Of a stretch of 64,000 bases of DNA, positions 1 through 9,849 are shown piece after piece. The stretch lies in NCBI GenBank assembly GCA_964601775.1, contig CAZRPD010000004.1, positions 2,687-66,686 of the forward strand. Reading direction: 5' to 3'. Below the pieces are notes generated by a model. The model saw only the letters and a program-made list of their open reading frames with translations. It was not told the origin of the DNA and made no database searches. Each line of letters opens with the position of its first letter. The first letter of the stretch is position 1. Source of the stretch: an uncultured Caulobacter sp. (GTDB lineage Bacteria; Pseudomonadota; Alphaproteobacteria; Caulobacterales; Caulobacteraceae). The translations under genes and the position numbers were made by a program.

Positions 1-1256
1 GTCAGCTCGGCCGACTGGCCGTCAGTGCCGGCCACCACGCGCAGGTGCGAGACGCGGATCTTCTCCGAGCCGCGCGCCAGGGCGTCGTCGACCAGGGCGA
101 TGATGTCGTCGTCGTAGACGTGCTTCTTGCGGTCGGCCAGGTCCTTGAAGCGCCCGAAGGCTTCCTTCAGCGCATTCTCGCCCAGCTCGTAACCCAGGTC
201 CTTCAGCTTGGCGCGGAAGGCGTGGCTGCCCGAGTGCTTGCCCATGACCAGGCTCGACGGGGCCTGGCCCACCGACTCCGGCGTCATGATCTCGTAGGTC
301 TCGCGGTTCTTGAGCATGCCGTCCTGGTGGATGCCGCTCTCGTGCGCGAAGGCGTTCTTGCCGACGATGGCCTTGTTGTATTGCACCGGGAAGCCGGTGA
401 TGGCCGAGACGTAGCGGCTGGCGCGGGTGATGTGGGTGGTGTCGATGCCGGTCTGGAAGGGCAGACGGTCGCCGCGCACCTTCAGGGCCATGACGATCTC
501 TTCCAGCGCGGCGTTGCCGGCGCGCTCGCCCAGACCGTTCACGGCGCACTCGATCTGGCGGGCGCCGCCCTGCACGCCGGCCAGGCTGTTGGCCACGGCC
601 AGGCCCAGGTCGTTGTGGCAGTGGGTCGAGAAGACCACCTTGTCGGCGCCCTCGACGTTGTTGACCATCCAGTGGAACAGGTCGGCATATTCCGACGGGT
701 AGGTGTAGCCCACCGTGTCGGGCAGGTTGATCGTCGTGGCGCCGGCCTTGATGGCGGTCTCGGTCGCGCGGCGCAGGAACTCGCGGTCGCTGCGGGTGGC
801 GTCCTCGGCCGACCATTCGACGTCGTCGCGCAGGTTGCGGGCATGGGCCACCGAGCGGGCGATGATGTCGATGACCTGATCCGGCTCCATCTGCAGCTTG
901 TGCTTCATGTGCAGGTCGGACGTGGCGATGACCACGTGGATGCGGCCGCGCTGGGTGGGCTTCAGGGCCTCGGCGCAGCGGTCGATGTCGACCTGGTGGG
1001 CGCGGCACAGGCCGGCGATGGTCGAGTTCTTGACAATCTTGGCCACTTCGCGGACGGCCTCGAAGTCGCCGTTCGAGGCGATCGGGAAGCCGGCCTCGAT
1101 GATGTCGACCCCCATCTCCTCGAGGATCTTGCCCAGCTCCAGCTTCTCTTCCAGCGACATCGACGCGCCGGGCGACTGCTCGCCGTCGCGCATGGTGGTG
1201 TCGAAAATGACGACGTTGTCGCGCTTGTCCGAAGCGGCGTTGGCGGGGGTGGTCAT
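1..1256 (-). CDS. leuA: 2-isopropylmalate synthase, first ~418 codons. The C-terminus runs off the window start.
   Basis: This gene is absent from the ORF track because it has no stop in the window. Reverse-complement translation from the ATG at 1256-1254 reads MTTPANAASDKRDNVVIFDTTMRDGEQSPGASMSLEEKLELGKILEEMGVDIIEAGFP...STHCHNDLGLAVANSLAGV...AHESGIHQDGMLK. The listed ORFs 45..1910(+) and 22..1008(-) are off-frame shadows of it. Confidence 0.93.
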   Translation of the reverse strand, partial: MTTPANAASDKRDNVVIFDTTMRDGEQSPGASMSLEEKLELGKILEEMGVDIIEAGFPIASNGDFEAVREVAKIVKNSTIAGLCRAHQVDIDRCAEALKPTQRGRIHVVIATSDLHMKHKLQMEPDQVIDIIARSVAHARNLRDDVEWSAEDATRSDREFLRRATETAIKAGATTINLPDTVGYTYPSEYADLFHWMVNNVEGADKVVFSTHCHNDLGLAVANSLAGVQGGARQIECAVNGLGERAGNAALEEIVMALKVRGDRLPFQTGIDTTHITRASRYVSAITGFPVQYNKAIVGKNAFAHESGIHQDGMLKNRETYEIMTPESVGQAPSSLVMGKHSGSHAFRAKLKDLGYELGENALKEAFGRFKDLADRKKHVYDDDIIALVDDALARGSEKIRVSHLRVVAGTDGQSAEL

Positions 1257-1397
1257 GGGGGTACTCGTCGAATGGGGTGTGTGGCGTGCGGGCTGCGGGT
1301 CAATGTCCCCTGCACGCCCGGCCACGACGATGCGCGGCCCCTAGAGCGCCCAGGGGTTGGTAAGCCGAAGCGAAAGCAGGTCGCGCGCGACAGTCAT
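1257..1397 (-). promoter_or_regulatory. Candidate leuA leader region: an 18-codon Leu-rich leader peptide (1397..1341) followed by GC-rich stem-loops
   Basis: The minus strand reads atg act gtc gcg cgc gac ctg ctt tcg ctt cgg ctt acc aac ccc tgg gcg ctc tag = MTVARDLLSLRLTNPWAL. That is four Leu in six residues, and three use CTT, which looks unusual beside the CTG-dominated genes here. Downstream, GGCGTGC...GCACGCC and CCCCT...AGGGG pairings precede the leuA ATG. Confidence 0.45.
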
Positions 1398-1537
1398 GGC
1401 CGACTTTCTACACATCAGCCTAGAATCGAGCAAGCAATTTGCGCCCATAGCGCGATCCGCCGCAGCTCAGGCAACTTTATGCCCGACACCCTGCAAGATC
1501 GAGGCAAGATAACCGTAACAAGCGGGCCGAAGGCCGA

Positions 1538-2257
1538 TCAGCCCTGCCCCTCATCCGCCGCTTCGCGCTTCTTGAGCCAGGCGCGGCTGAGCAGGCCCAT
1601 GCCCAGCCAGATGACCACAGCCAGGGCGATCATGACGATGTGCTGCTTGCCGCCGCCGCGCATGGCCTGGACGATCGAATTGCCGGCGAAGGCGGTCAGG
1701 GCGATCTTTGGAATAATGCCGATGGCGGTGCCGGCCGCGAAGTCGCGCAGCTTCATCGGCGTCACGCCGGCGGCCATGTTGACCACAATGAAGGGCGCCG
1801 ACGGCACCAGACGCACGATCAGGCTGGCCATGAAGCCGTTGCGGCCGATCATCCGCATGAACTTGTTGACGCCCTCGGTGGCGAAGTCGCGCAGGATCTT
1901 GGCGCCATAGGCCCGGCCCAGCCAGAAACCGACCAGCGACGACACCAGGGTGCCGATCCAGCTGTAGGCAAAGCCGGTCCACGGTCCGAAGGCGACCACC
2001 GCCGCGGCGATCAGCACGAACTGCGGCACGCCCAGGAAGGCCATGACCGCAAAGGCCGCCACCGCCATCGGCAGGGCCCAGGGCCCGCTGGCCGCGCCCA
2101 GCCAGTGCTCGACCGCCGCCTCGCCGTTGACGCCCAGCAGTTGCGCGCCGAACAGGAAGACCACGCCCACGCCGCCGAACAGCACGAACGAGACCGCCAC
2201 CGTGCGCCAGGCGCGGGCGTCCATATTGGTCAGGAAGTCGATGATACGGCGGATCAC
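1538..2257 (-). CDS. TVP38/TMEM64 (DedA-superfamily, SNARE-associated) membrane protein
   Basis: 239 aa, multi-pass hydrophobic protein. It contains the motif region GRAYGAKILRDF...LIVRLVPSAPFIVVNMAAGVTPMKLRDFAAGTAIGIIP, typical of this family. Confidence 0.75.
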   Translation of the reverse strand: MIRRIIDFLTNMDARAWRTVAVSFVLFGGVGVVFLFGAQLLGVNGEAAVEHWLGAASGPWALPMAVAAFAVMAFLGVPQFVLIAAAVVAFGPWTGFAYSWIGTLVSSLVGFWLGRAYGAKILRDFATEGVNKFMRMIGRNGFMASLIVRLVPSAPFIVVNMAAGVTPMKLRDFAAGTAIGIIPKIALTAFAGNSIVQAMRGGGKQHIVMIALAVVIWLGMGLLSRAWLKKREAADEGQG

Positions 2258-2444
2258 CGCCCCTCCTCGCGCAGGCGCCGTCCAGGGTCAAGCGGCGCCG
2301 CGCCGAACGCCTCCAAGGCAGCCGGCGCCCGCAAACCGCGATCCGGGGACGTTAACGTTCGCCTATTGCGACATTTCGGTTGCGTGAAGTTCACACGACG
2401 GCGTTACTTATCCACAGGCTGCAAGGGTCGAAAACCTTGGCCTG

Positions 2445-3122
2445 ATGGGGAGTTGTTTCGTGAAGACCCTGGCTGTCATCTCGCGCAAGGGCGGAGCCGG
2501 CAAGACCACGCTGGCGATCAATCTGGCGGTCACCGCCCACCTGGCCGGCCTCAAGACCATGCTGGCCGATATCGACCCGCAACGCTCGGCCTCCGATGTC
2601 CTGCGCGCCCGCAACGGCGACGGGCCGGTCCTGGCGGAGATCAACGCCGGAAAGCTGTTCTCCACCCAGGTCCACGCCAGCAACCATGGCCAGGACGTGC
2701 TGGTCATCGACACCCCCGCCGCCCCTGAGGCCGACGTGCTGCAGGCCATCCAGTGCGCCGACCTTTGTGTGCTGGTCTGCCGCCCGACCTTCCTGGACAT
2801 CGCCTCGGTGGTGCGCTCGGCCGAGGCCGTCCGTCGCCTGGGCAAGAAGGGCGTTATCGTGCTGAGCCAGGCGCCGCCCAAGCGCAACGGCTTCGAGCCG
2901 CCGGCGGTGCTGAAGGCCGCCGAGGCCCTGCGTTTCGTCGGCATGCCGGTGTCCTCGATCGGCCTGCGCGCCCGCACGGCCTTCCAGCAGTCGATCGCCC
3001 ATGGCCGTTCGGTCTGCGAGTGGGAGCCCGGCTCGGCCGCCGCCGAGGAGATCACCCGTCTGTGGGCCCAGGTCGGCCCGATGCTGCTGGGCCACGAGGA
3101 CATCCAAGCCCAGGCGGTCTAG
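2445..3122 (+). CDS. ParA/MinD-like P-loop ATPase, orphan, copy 1. The start may instead be the GTG at 2460.
   Basis: Contains the deviant Walker A in VKTLAVISRKGGAGKTTLAINLA, then ADIDPQRSA and VLVIDTPAA. No ParB or other partner gene is adjacent. Confidence 0.85.
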   Translation: MGSCFVKTLAVISRKGGAGKTTLAINLAVTAHLAGLKTMLADIDPQRSASDVLRARNGDGPVLAEINAGKLFSTQVHASNHGQDVLVIDTPAAPEADVLQAIQCADLCVLVCRPTFLDIASVVRSAEAVRRLGKKGVIVLSQAPPKRNGFEPPAVLKAAEALRFVGMPVSSIGLRARTAFQQSIAHGRSVCEWEPGSAAAEEITRLWAQVGPMLLGHEDIQAQAV

Positions 3123-3265
3123 GCGCTCGCCCCGAGGTTTCGCAGCGCTCGTCGCCAGAGATCCCCATATTGAGTTTCTATTTACACCTTCACCATAACA
3201 ATGGTCGCCGTCGGTGGTCTTGCGACCTCTAGAAGTCGCGAGCCGGGGGACGGAGCGAGCAGGCC

Positions 3266-3937
3266 GTGAAGACGATTGCGGTGCTTTCCCGCAAGGGCGG
3301 GTCGGGCAAGACGACGCTAGCCGTGAACTTGGCCTTGATGGCCTTTCTGGCGGATCGCAAGGTCATGCTGGCCGACATCGATCCACAACGGTCCGCGGCG
3401 GACGCGCTCAGGACGCGCGCAGCCCCCGGCCCGAGCGTGTTCGAGGGCGGGGCCGGCAAGCTGTTCCACGTCAAATCGAACGCCCTGCGCGAGGGCTACG
3501 ACTATCTGATCATCGACACGCCGTCGGCGTGCGAGGGCGACGTCGCTCAGGCGGTGAACCTGACCGACCTGTGTCTCGTGGTCGGACGCCCCTCGTTCCT
3601 GGACCTGGCGCCGATCGTGCGCACCGCCGAGGCCGTGCGGCGACTGGGCAAGGGCGGCTTCCTCGTGCTCAACCAGATCTACACCAGCAAGCCCGACGCC
3701 TCTCCGGCGGCCTGCCCCGACATCCTCGACGTGCTGCGCTTCTGCGGCCTCCCCCTGGCGCCGCATGGCCTGCGCTCGCGCGACACCTTTCAAAAGGCCA
3801 TGGCCCAGGGCCGCTGCGTGGCCGAGTGGGAAAAGGCCGGGGCCGCGGGTCGCGACATGGAGCGGCTCTGGGCCTTCGTCGCGGCCCATCTGGACGACCA
3901 GCGGCCCGCGCCAATGCCCGCAGCCCTGGCGGGATAA
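3266..3937 (+). CDS. ParA/MinD-like P-loop ATPase, orphan, copy 2. It is a tandem paralog of 2445..3122.
   Basis: GTG start. The sequence KTIAVLSRKGGSGKTTLAVNLA...ADIDPQRSA...LIIDTPSA is colinear with copy 1 over its whole length. By eye about half the residues are identical. Confidence 0.85.
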   Translation: MKTIAVLSRKGGSGKTTLAVNLALMAFLADRKVMLADIDPQRSAADALRTRAAPGPSVFEGGAGKLFHVKSNALREGYDYLIIDTPSACEGDVAQAVNLTDLCLVVGRPSFLDLAPIVRTAEAVRRLGKGGFLVLNQIYTSKPDASPAACPDILDVLRFCGLPLAPHGLRSRDTFQKAMAQGRCVAEWEKAGAAGRDMERLWAFVAAHLDDQRPAPMPAALAG

Positions 3938-4008
3938 CGCCGCTCGACCATTCCGGTCTTCTTCGCGAGGCCTGGCCTGACTAAGGTCGACGCCTCAGCG
4001 ATGGAGCC

Positions 4009-4572
4009 ATGATGAAGATTCTCCCCCTGAAGATCTTGGCCGTCTCCGGCAGCCTGCGCGCCGCCTCGTACAACACCGCCCTGCTGCACGCGGCTCGCGA
4101 GCTGGCGCCAGAAGAACTGTCGATCGAGATCTTCGCTGGTCTGGGCGACCTGCCGTTCTTCAACCAGGACCTCGAAGAACAAGGCGAGCCGGCGCCCGTC
4201 ACCGCCTGGAAGGCCGCCGTACGCGAGGCTGACGGCCTGCTGATCGCCTGCCCCGAATATAATGGCGGCCTGACCGCGGTGCTGAAGAACGCCATCGACT
4301 GGGCCTCGCGCGGCAAGCCCGCCCCGCTGGACGGCAAGCTGGCCTGCGCGATCGGCGCCAGCCCCGGGATCACCGGCACGGTTCGCGCCCAGGACGCCCT
4401 GCGCCTGAACCTCAAGCGGACGGGCTGCGATCTCGCCCCGCTCTCCGACGTGCTGGTCGGCCAGGCGCCGGGCAAGTTCGAGAACGGCGTCCTGACCGAC
4501 GAGCGCACCCGCCAGGGGATCGCCCGCCACCTGGCCGCCTTCGCCGCGGTTCTGCGCTCCAGGACCGTCTGA
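4009..4572 (+). CDS. NAD(P)H-dependent FMN reductase family oxidoreductase
   Basis: 187 aa. The segments KILAVSGSLRAASYNTALL...DGLLIACPEYNGGLTAVLKNAIDWASR match the FMN_red fold signature. Confidence 0.8.
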   Translation: MMKILPLKILAVSGSLRAASYNTALLHAARELAPEELSIEIFAGLGDLPFFNQDLEEQGEPAPVTAWKAAVREADGLLIACPEYNGGLTAVLKNAIDWASRGKPAPLDGKLACAIGASPGITGTVRAQDALRLNLKRTGCDLAPLSDVLVGQAPGKFENGVLTDERTRQGIARHLAAFAAVLRSRTV

Positions 4573-4690
4573 CCCAAAACCTTCACGAAACGCCGCTCCC
4601 CGCGTTGCGCCGCGCCAAGCGCGGGCGTAAAGACCGCCGCAATCCTGAAACCGGTCTTTCAAGGCCAAGTCCTTTCCAGGGGAGTCCTGA

Positions 4691-5896
<1,206 letters not shown>

Positions 5897-6040
5897 GACG
5901 GTCCCGCTCCGCGTCGGTTCGCCGGAAGGCAGATCGACGCGGAGGCAGGCCTTCCGCGCGACCCACGGCCTTCTGGCCATCACACCGCCTCGTGCGCCGA
6001 CGACAGGTCGACGCGCCGGGAAGTCAAGAGAGGCTGTAGG

Positions 6041-6190
6041 ATGGCTAGAACGCCGAACTACTCGTTCGAACGCCAGGAACGCGAGCGCCAAAAGGCCCGC
6101 AAGGCCGCCGAAAAGGCTGCCGAAAAGGCGGCCGCCAAACAGGCGGCTCAGCCGGACACAGCCCCGCCTCCCGAACAAGACGATCAGTGA
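6041..6190 (+). CDS. Small Lys/Ala/Glu-rich hypothetical protein (49 aa)
   Basis: Below the ORF-track size cutoff. The ATG at 6041 is preceded by a purine-rich GAGAGG. Translation is MARTPNYSFERQERERQKARKAAEKAAEKAAAKQAAQPDTAPPPEQDDQ. Coding status is uncertain. Confidence 0.4.
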   Translation: MARTPNYSFERQERERQKARKAAEKAAEKAAAKQAAQPDTAPPPEQDDQ

Positions 6191-6215
6191 AAGCGCGTTT
6201 GTGACCACCTCCACG

Positions 6216-6461
6216 ATGTATAATCACGAGACCGTCTCGCTCGACGGCCAGCACTTTTCCGGCTGCGAGTTTCGCGGCTGCAAGCTCGTCTATGCGGGCG
6301 GCGACATGCCGGTCTTCGACAAGTGCCGGTTTGAAAACTGCGAATGGAAGTTCGACGACGCCGCCGACCGGACCTTGAGCTTCCTGAAGCTGGTCTGGAA
6401 CAACGGCGGCAAGGCTCCCGTCCAGTCCCTGATCAAGGAGATCACCGGCGGCGGCCGGTGA
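6216..6461 (+). CDS. Hypothetical small protein (81 aa), Cys-containing and repeat-like. An alternative GTG start lies at 6201.
   Basis: This is the 3' part of track ORF 5742..6461. It reads MYNHETVSLDGQHFSGCEFRGCKLVYAGGDMPVFDKCRFENCEWKFDD... The upstream part of that long ORF overlaps aatA out of frame and is not credible. Confidence 0.5.
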   Translation: MYNHETVSLDGQHFSGCEFRGCKLVYAGGDMPVFDKCRFENCEWKFDDAADRTLSFLKLVWNNGGKAPVQSLIKEITGGGR

Positions 6462-6468
6462 TCAAACC

Positions 6469-7104
6469 CTAGCCTTCGATCCAGTCGGTCAAGCCTTCGC
6501 GGGCATGAACCTCGCGCAAGGCCGGCCGCTGGCGAATGACATCCAGATACCGCTTCAGGTTCGGCCACTGGGTCGCGGGCTTGGGCATGTTGCGCGTCCA
6601 GCGGCACAGGATGGTCGTCAGCAGGTCAACGGTCGTGAAGCCCTCGCCGACGATGTAGTCGCGATCGGCCAGGCGCGCGTCCAGCCTCGCCAGTCTCGCC
6701 TCGATCCGTTCCCGAGCGACATCCTTAGCGGCGTCCTGGGCGCCTTCGCCCGCCGGCTCGTGCGGATAGAACCAGCCTCGGAAGTGCGGCTGCCAGCTGT
6801 TGGCCAGCCAGAAGCTCCAGCTCAGATAGTCGGCCCGCTCGGGCGCTCCCGCCAGCGGTGCAAAGCCCGCCTCGGGATGACGCTCGGCCAGCAGGGTCGC
6901 GATCGCCGCCATCTGGGTCACCCGCGCGCCGTCGACGATCAGGGTCGGCACGAAACCGTCGGGATTGAGCGCCAGATATGCGGGCGCCTTGTGCTCGGCC
7001 TTGTCGAAGTCGAGCAGATGCAAGTCGAATGGGACGCCCAGTTCCAGCAGCATCCAGTGGATGGCCGTGCCGGCCGTGCTGGGCGAACCATAGAGCGTGT
7101 ACAT
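6469..7104 (-). CDS. Glutathione S-transferase
   Basis: 211 aa. The N-terminal thioredoxin-like GST domain is LYGSPSTAGTAIHWMLLELGVPFD...NPDGFVPTL, followed by a helical C-terminal domain. Confidence 0.85.
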   Translation of the reverse strand: MYTLYGSPSTAGTAIHWMLLELGVPFDLHLLDFDKAEHKAPAYLALNPDGFVPTLIVDGARVTQMAAIATLLAERHPEAGFAPLAGAPERADYLSWSFWLANSWQPHFRGWFYPHEPAGEGAQDAAKDVARERIEARLARLDARLADRDYIVGEGFTTVDLLTTILCRWTRNMPKPATQWPNLKRYLDVIRQRPALREVHAREGLTDWIEG

Positions 7105-7228
7105 GCAAGACCCCTCCGCTGATCGGCGCGGATAGGCGGTTGCTTCTCAATCCTGGTCAAGCAAAAGGCCCCCGCCCTTGCGGACGGAGGCCCTTCGCGA
7201 CTACCGGGCGATCACCGGGCGATCAGGC

Positions 7229-7465
7229 TCAGTGCTTCTCGCGCCACTTGGACTTGGCGTCGTCCTTGGTCAGGCTGAGATGGACTTTGTCGTCGTCGAC
7301 ATACTCCACCCAGTCGACCGGGATCATGTGGTGCTTGAAGCCGCCGCCCAGGTCCAGCTTGGCCAGCTCGATCTCGCCGCCGATGATGTGATCGACGCGC
7401 CCGACATGGCCGCCGTCCGAACCGACGACTTCCTGGTGTTCCTTGATCTGCGTGAGGTCGATCAT
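7229..7465 (-). CDS. DUF2171 (PRC-barrel-like) domain protein, 78 aa
   Basis: An internal ATG at 7465 is preceded by GGGAGA. Translation is MIDLTQIKEHQEVVGSDGGHVGRVDHIIGGEIELAKLDLGGGFKHHMIPVDWVEYVDDDKVHLSLTKDDAKSKW. The 5' extension of the track ORF has no support. Confidence 0.7.
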   Translation of the reverse strand: MIDLTQIKEHQEVVGSDGGHVGRVDHIIGGEIELAKLDLGGGFKHHMIPVDWVEYVDDDKVHLSLTKDDAKSKWREKH

Positions 7466-7598
7466 CTGCCATCTCCCATGACACGGGACCGGCTTGGTCC
7501 CCTTTTCCGCCCCATCAACGGCCACGCCTGCTGCCAAGTTTCGGCTTGCGCCGTTATACAAGTTTTGTTCTTGTTAAGTTCTCAATCATGAGGCCACC

Positions 7599-8195
7599 AT
7601 GCTGACCCTGTTCCACGCTCCGCGCTCGCGCTCGACCCGCTTCCTGTGGCTGCTGGAGGAGCTGGGCGCGCCCTACGACGTCAGGACGGTCGACATCTAT
7701 CGCAGCTTCGGAAACACCGGCGCGCGCGATCCGGCCAATCCGCACCCGCACGGCCAGGTGCCGGCCCTGCTGGACGACGGCGTGCTGATCACCGAGTCGG
7801 CGGCCATCGCGCTCTACCTGACCGACAAGTTCCCCAGCGCGGGCCTGGGCCCCACGGTCGGCGATCCGCTGCGCGGTCCGTACCTGTCGTGGCTGGCCTA
7901 TTACGCCGGCGTTCTGGAGCCGTCGGTGGTCAATCTGTGGAAGCAGCGCCAGGACGACGAGGACAAGCAAACCTACAACACCCTGGACGATCGTCTGCGC
8001 ACCACGCTGGAAAGCTCGCCCTGGCTGCTGGGAGAGCACTTCTCGGCCGCCGACATCCTGTTTATGAGTCTGCTGCAGTTCGCCCGCCAGATGCTGCCGC
8101 CGCACGCGGTCTATGACGACTGGCTGGCGCGCGGCTCCGCCCGCCCCGCCCTGGCGCGGGCCCTCGCCAAGGACGACGCCAAGGACCCCGCATGA
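7599..8195 (+). CDS. Glutathione S-transferase family protein
   Basis: 198 aa. Reads MLTLFHAPRSRSTRFLWLLEELGAPYD...HGQVPALLDDGVLITESAAIALYL. Confidence 0.8.
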   Translation: MLTLFHAPRSRSTRFLWLLEELGAPYDVRTVDIYRSFGNTGARDPANPHPHGQVPALLDDGVLITESAAIALYLTDKFPSAGLGPTVGDPLRGPYLSWLAYYAGVLEPSVVNLWKQRQDDEDKQTYNTLDDRLRTTLESSPWLLGEHFSAADILFMSLLQFARQMLPPHAVYDDWLARGSARPALARALAKDDAKDPA

Positions 8196-9109
8196 GCCTC
8201 CGCGCCCGCTTCTCGATCGTCGCCGCCACGCTGTGCGTGGCGCCGGCCGCTCCTGCGCTTGCCGATCCCGCGATCGGCAAGCGCGTCGACGCGGTGATGG
8301 CCGATGACACGGTGACGATCACTGAGGCGGGCAAGACCGTGCTGGTCTATCGCACCAAGGCCGCCGATCCGGCCGAGCCGGGGCGGCTGAACTATGTTCA
8401 CCCGCTTTACGCGCCCGACGGCACGGTGCTGACCGAAGACCGCCCGGCCGACCACATCCATCACCGCGGCCTGTTCTGGGCCTGGCATCAGATCACGGTG
8501 AACGGCAAGCTGGTGGCCGACCAGTGGTTCATGAAGGACATCGCCCCCTCGGTGCGCGAGAAGCGCTTCAAGGGCGACGCCCGAGGCGGCGGGACCCTGA
8601 CCATCGACGCCGACTGGCTGGTCAAGACGGGCGGCGAGCTGAGCTATGTCGCCGGCGAGACGACCAAGATCACCGTCCACCCGCTGAGGGCCGGCGGCCG
8701 GCGCATCGACTTCGAGACCACGATCACCTCCAAGGTCGACGCCCTGGGCCTGGGCGGCAGCGACGACGTCAAGGGTTATGGCGGCTTCTCGGCCCGCTTC
8801 GTGGCCCCCGACCGCCTGACCTTCGCCTCGGCCGGCAAGACGGTGACGGCGACCAACACCGCCGTCGCAGCCGGCCCGTCGATGGGCTTTGCCTGGCCGG
8901 CGGGTTCGGGCGGTCCGGCCTGGAGCCTGGGCCTGGCCTGCAAGGCCAATGGTCAGCCGATCACCCAGTGGATCCTGCGCAAGGAGCTGTCGATGCAGAA
9001 CTGCGTCTTCCCGGGCCGCGCGCCGTTCATCCTGAAGAAGGGCGAGACCCTGAAGCTGCAGGAGACGCTGATCATCCGCCCGGCGACGCCGCCGAAGCCG
9101 AAAGGCTAG
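8192..9109 (+). CDS. Exported PmoA-family / DUF6807-like protein
   Basis: 305 aa. A signal peptide ends in APALA. The conserved block DHIHHRGLFWAWHQI is present. Its ATG overlaps the stop of the upstream GST (ATGA). Confidence 0.6.
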   Translation: MSLRARFSIVAATLCVAPAAPALADPAIGKRVDAVMADDTVTITEAGKTVLVYRTKAADPAEPGRLNYVHPLYAPDGTVLTEDRPADHIHHRGLFWAWHQITVNGKLVADQWFMKDIAPSVREKRFKGDARGGGTLTIDADWLVKTGGELSYVAGETTKITVHPLRAGGRRIDFETTITSKVDALGLGGSDDVKGYGGFSARFVAPDRLTFASAGKTVTATNTAVAAGPSMGFAWPAGSGGPAWSLGLACKANGQPITQWILRKELSMQNCVFPGRAPFILKKGETLKLQETLIIRPATPPKPKG

Positions 9110-9112
9110 CCG

Positions 9113-9289
9113 ATGGCCGACCTGATCAATCTCAACCAGGCCCGCAAGGCCAAGGCTAAAGCCGAAGACAAGACCCGCGCCGCGGAGAACCGCGCCAAGT
9201 TCGGCCGCACCAAGGGCGAGAAGACGCTGGATGCCGCGCGCGCCGACAAGCTGAAGCGTGACCTGGACGGAGCGAAACGCGAAGACTGA
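9113..9289 (+). CDS. DUF4169-like small basic protein (58 aa)
   Basis: Below the ORF-track cutoff. Translation is MADLINLNQARKAKAKAEDKTRAAENRAKFGRTKGEKTLDAARADKLKRDLDGAKRED. Its stop overlaps the next start (TGATG). Confidence 0.55.
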   Translation: MADLINLNQARKAKAKAEDKTRAAENRAKFGRTKGEKTLDAARADKLKRDLDGAKRED

Positions 9290-9498
9290 TGGCGGGCTTG
9301 AAGAAACGCTCGGTGAACCTGGCCGGCCACGCCACCTCGCTGGCGCTGGAGCCTGAGTTCTGGGCGGTGCTGGACCGCGCGGCCGCGGCGGACGGCCTGA
9401 GCCTGGCCGGGTTGGTGCAGCGGATCGACACCGAGCGCGGCGAGCGACCGCTGGCCTCGGCGTGCCGGGTGTTCGCACTGGGGTGGGCAGGCGGTTAG
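9289..9498 (+). CDS. Ribbon-helix-helix domain protein (RHH_4-like)
   Basis: 69 aa. Reads KKRSVNLAGHATSLALEPEFWAVLDRAAAADGLSLAGLVQRID. It is translationally coupled to the preceding small ORF. Confidence 0.65.
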   Translation: MAGLKKRSVNLAGHATSLALEPEFWAVLDRAAAADGLSLAGLVQRIDTERGERPLASACRVFALGWAGG

Positions 9499-9504
9499 GC
9501 GCCA

Positions 9505-9594
9505 CTGTCATCCCGGCCGTAGCGAAGCGGAGAGCCGGGACCGCCGGAAACGCTGGCGCTTGCCGCGGTCCCGGGTTTTCGCTCGGGATGACAG
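9505..9594. repeat. REP-like intergenic palindromic element
   Basis: The outer arms CTGTCATCCCG / CGGGATGACAG and the inner arms CGGGACC / GGTCCCG form nested inverted repeats. The element sits in the convergent gap after the RHH gene. Confidence 0.7.
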
Positions 9595-9596
9595 GG

Positions 9597-9845
9597 TTAT
9601 GGGCGTCCCGCCTCAACGCCCGGGCGTCGCTGGATCGGCAGCGGGGCCGGCTGCGGGTTGGGTCCGCGTCGTAAGGTGAGCGGCGCCTCCAGGCGCTGGC
9701 GCCATTCCACCTTGTCGCCAGCCATCACGCCCAGGCGCCACGCGCCCCAGACGGCGCCGGCCAGCAGCGCCACCACGAGCAGAGCAGCCAGAAACCCGCC
9801 GCCGCCGTGTCCCGAATGCCGGTGATCGTGCGCGAGCGTCTTCAT
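9597..9845 (-). CDS. Small membrane protein with a His/Gly-rich N-terminus
   Basis: Reads MKTLAHDHRHSGHGGGGFLAALLVVALLAGAVWGAW... It has one predicted TM helix and lies immediately downstream of 9850..10065. Confidence 0.4.
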   Translation of the reverse strand: MKTLAHDHRHSGHGGGGFLAALLVVALLAGAVWGAWRLGVMAGDKVEWRQRLEAPLTLRRGPNPQPAPLPIQRRPGVEAGRP

Positions 9846-9849
9846 CACC

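Noticed and set aside
45-1910. A 621-aa + strand ORF, and 22..1008(-), covering the leuA region
   Set aside because: These have the Ala/Gly/Arg/Val-rich composition typical of off-frame or antisense ORFs in high-GC DNA. The real gene is leuA, in another minus-strand frame that lacks a stop inside the window. The same reasoning rejects 8111..9616(-), 9990..10871(-), 10977..12476(-), 12626..13888(-), 17500..18735(+), 19653..21104(+), 23202..24857(+), 25176..26138(+), 42923..43594(+ part), 45858..47387(-) and 46355..47416(-).
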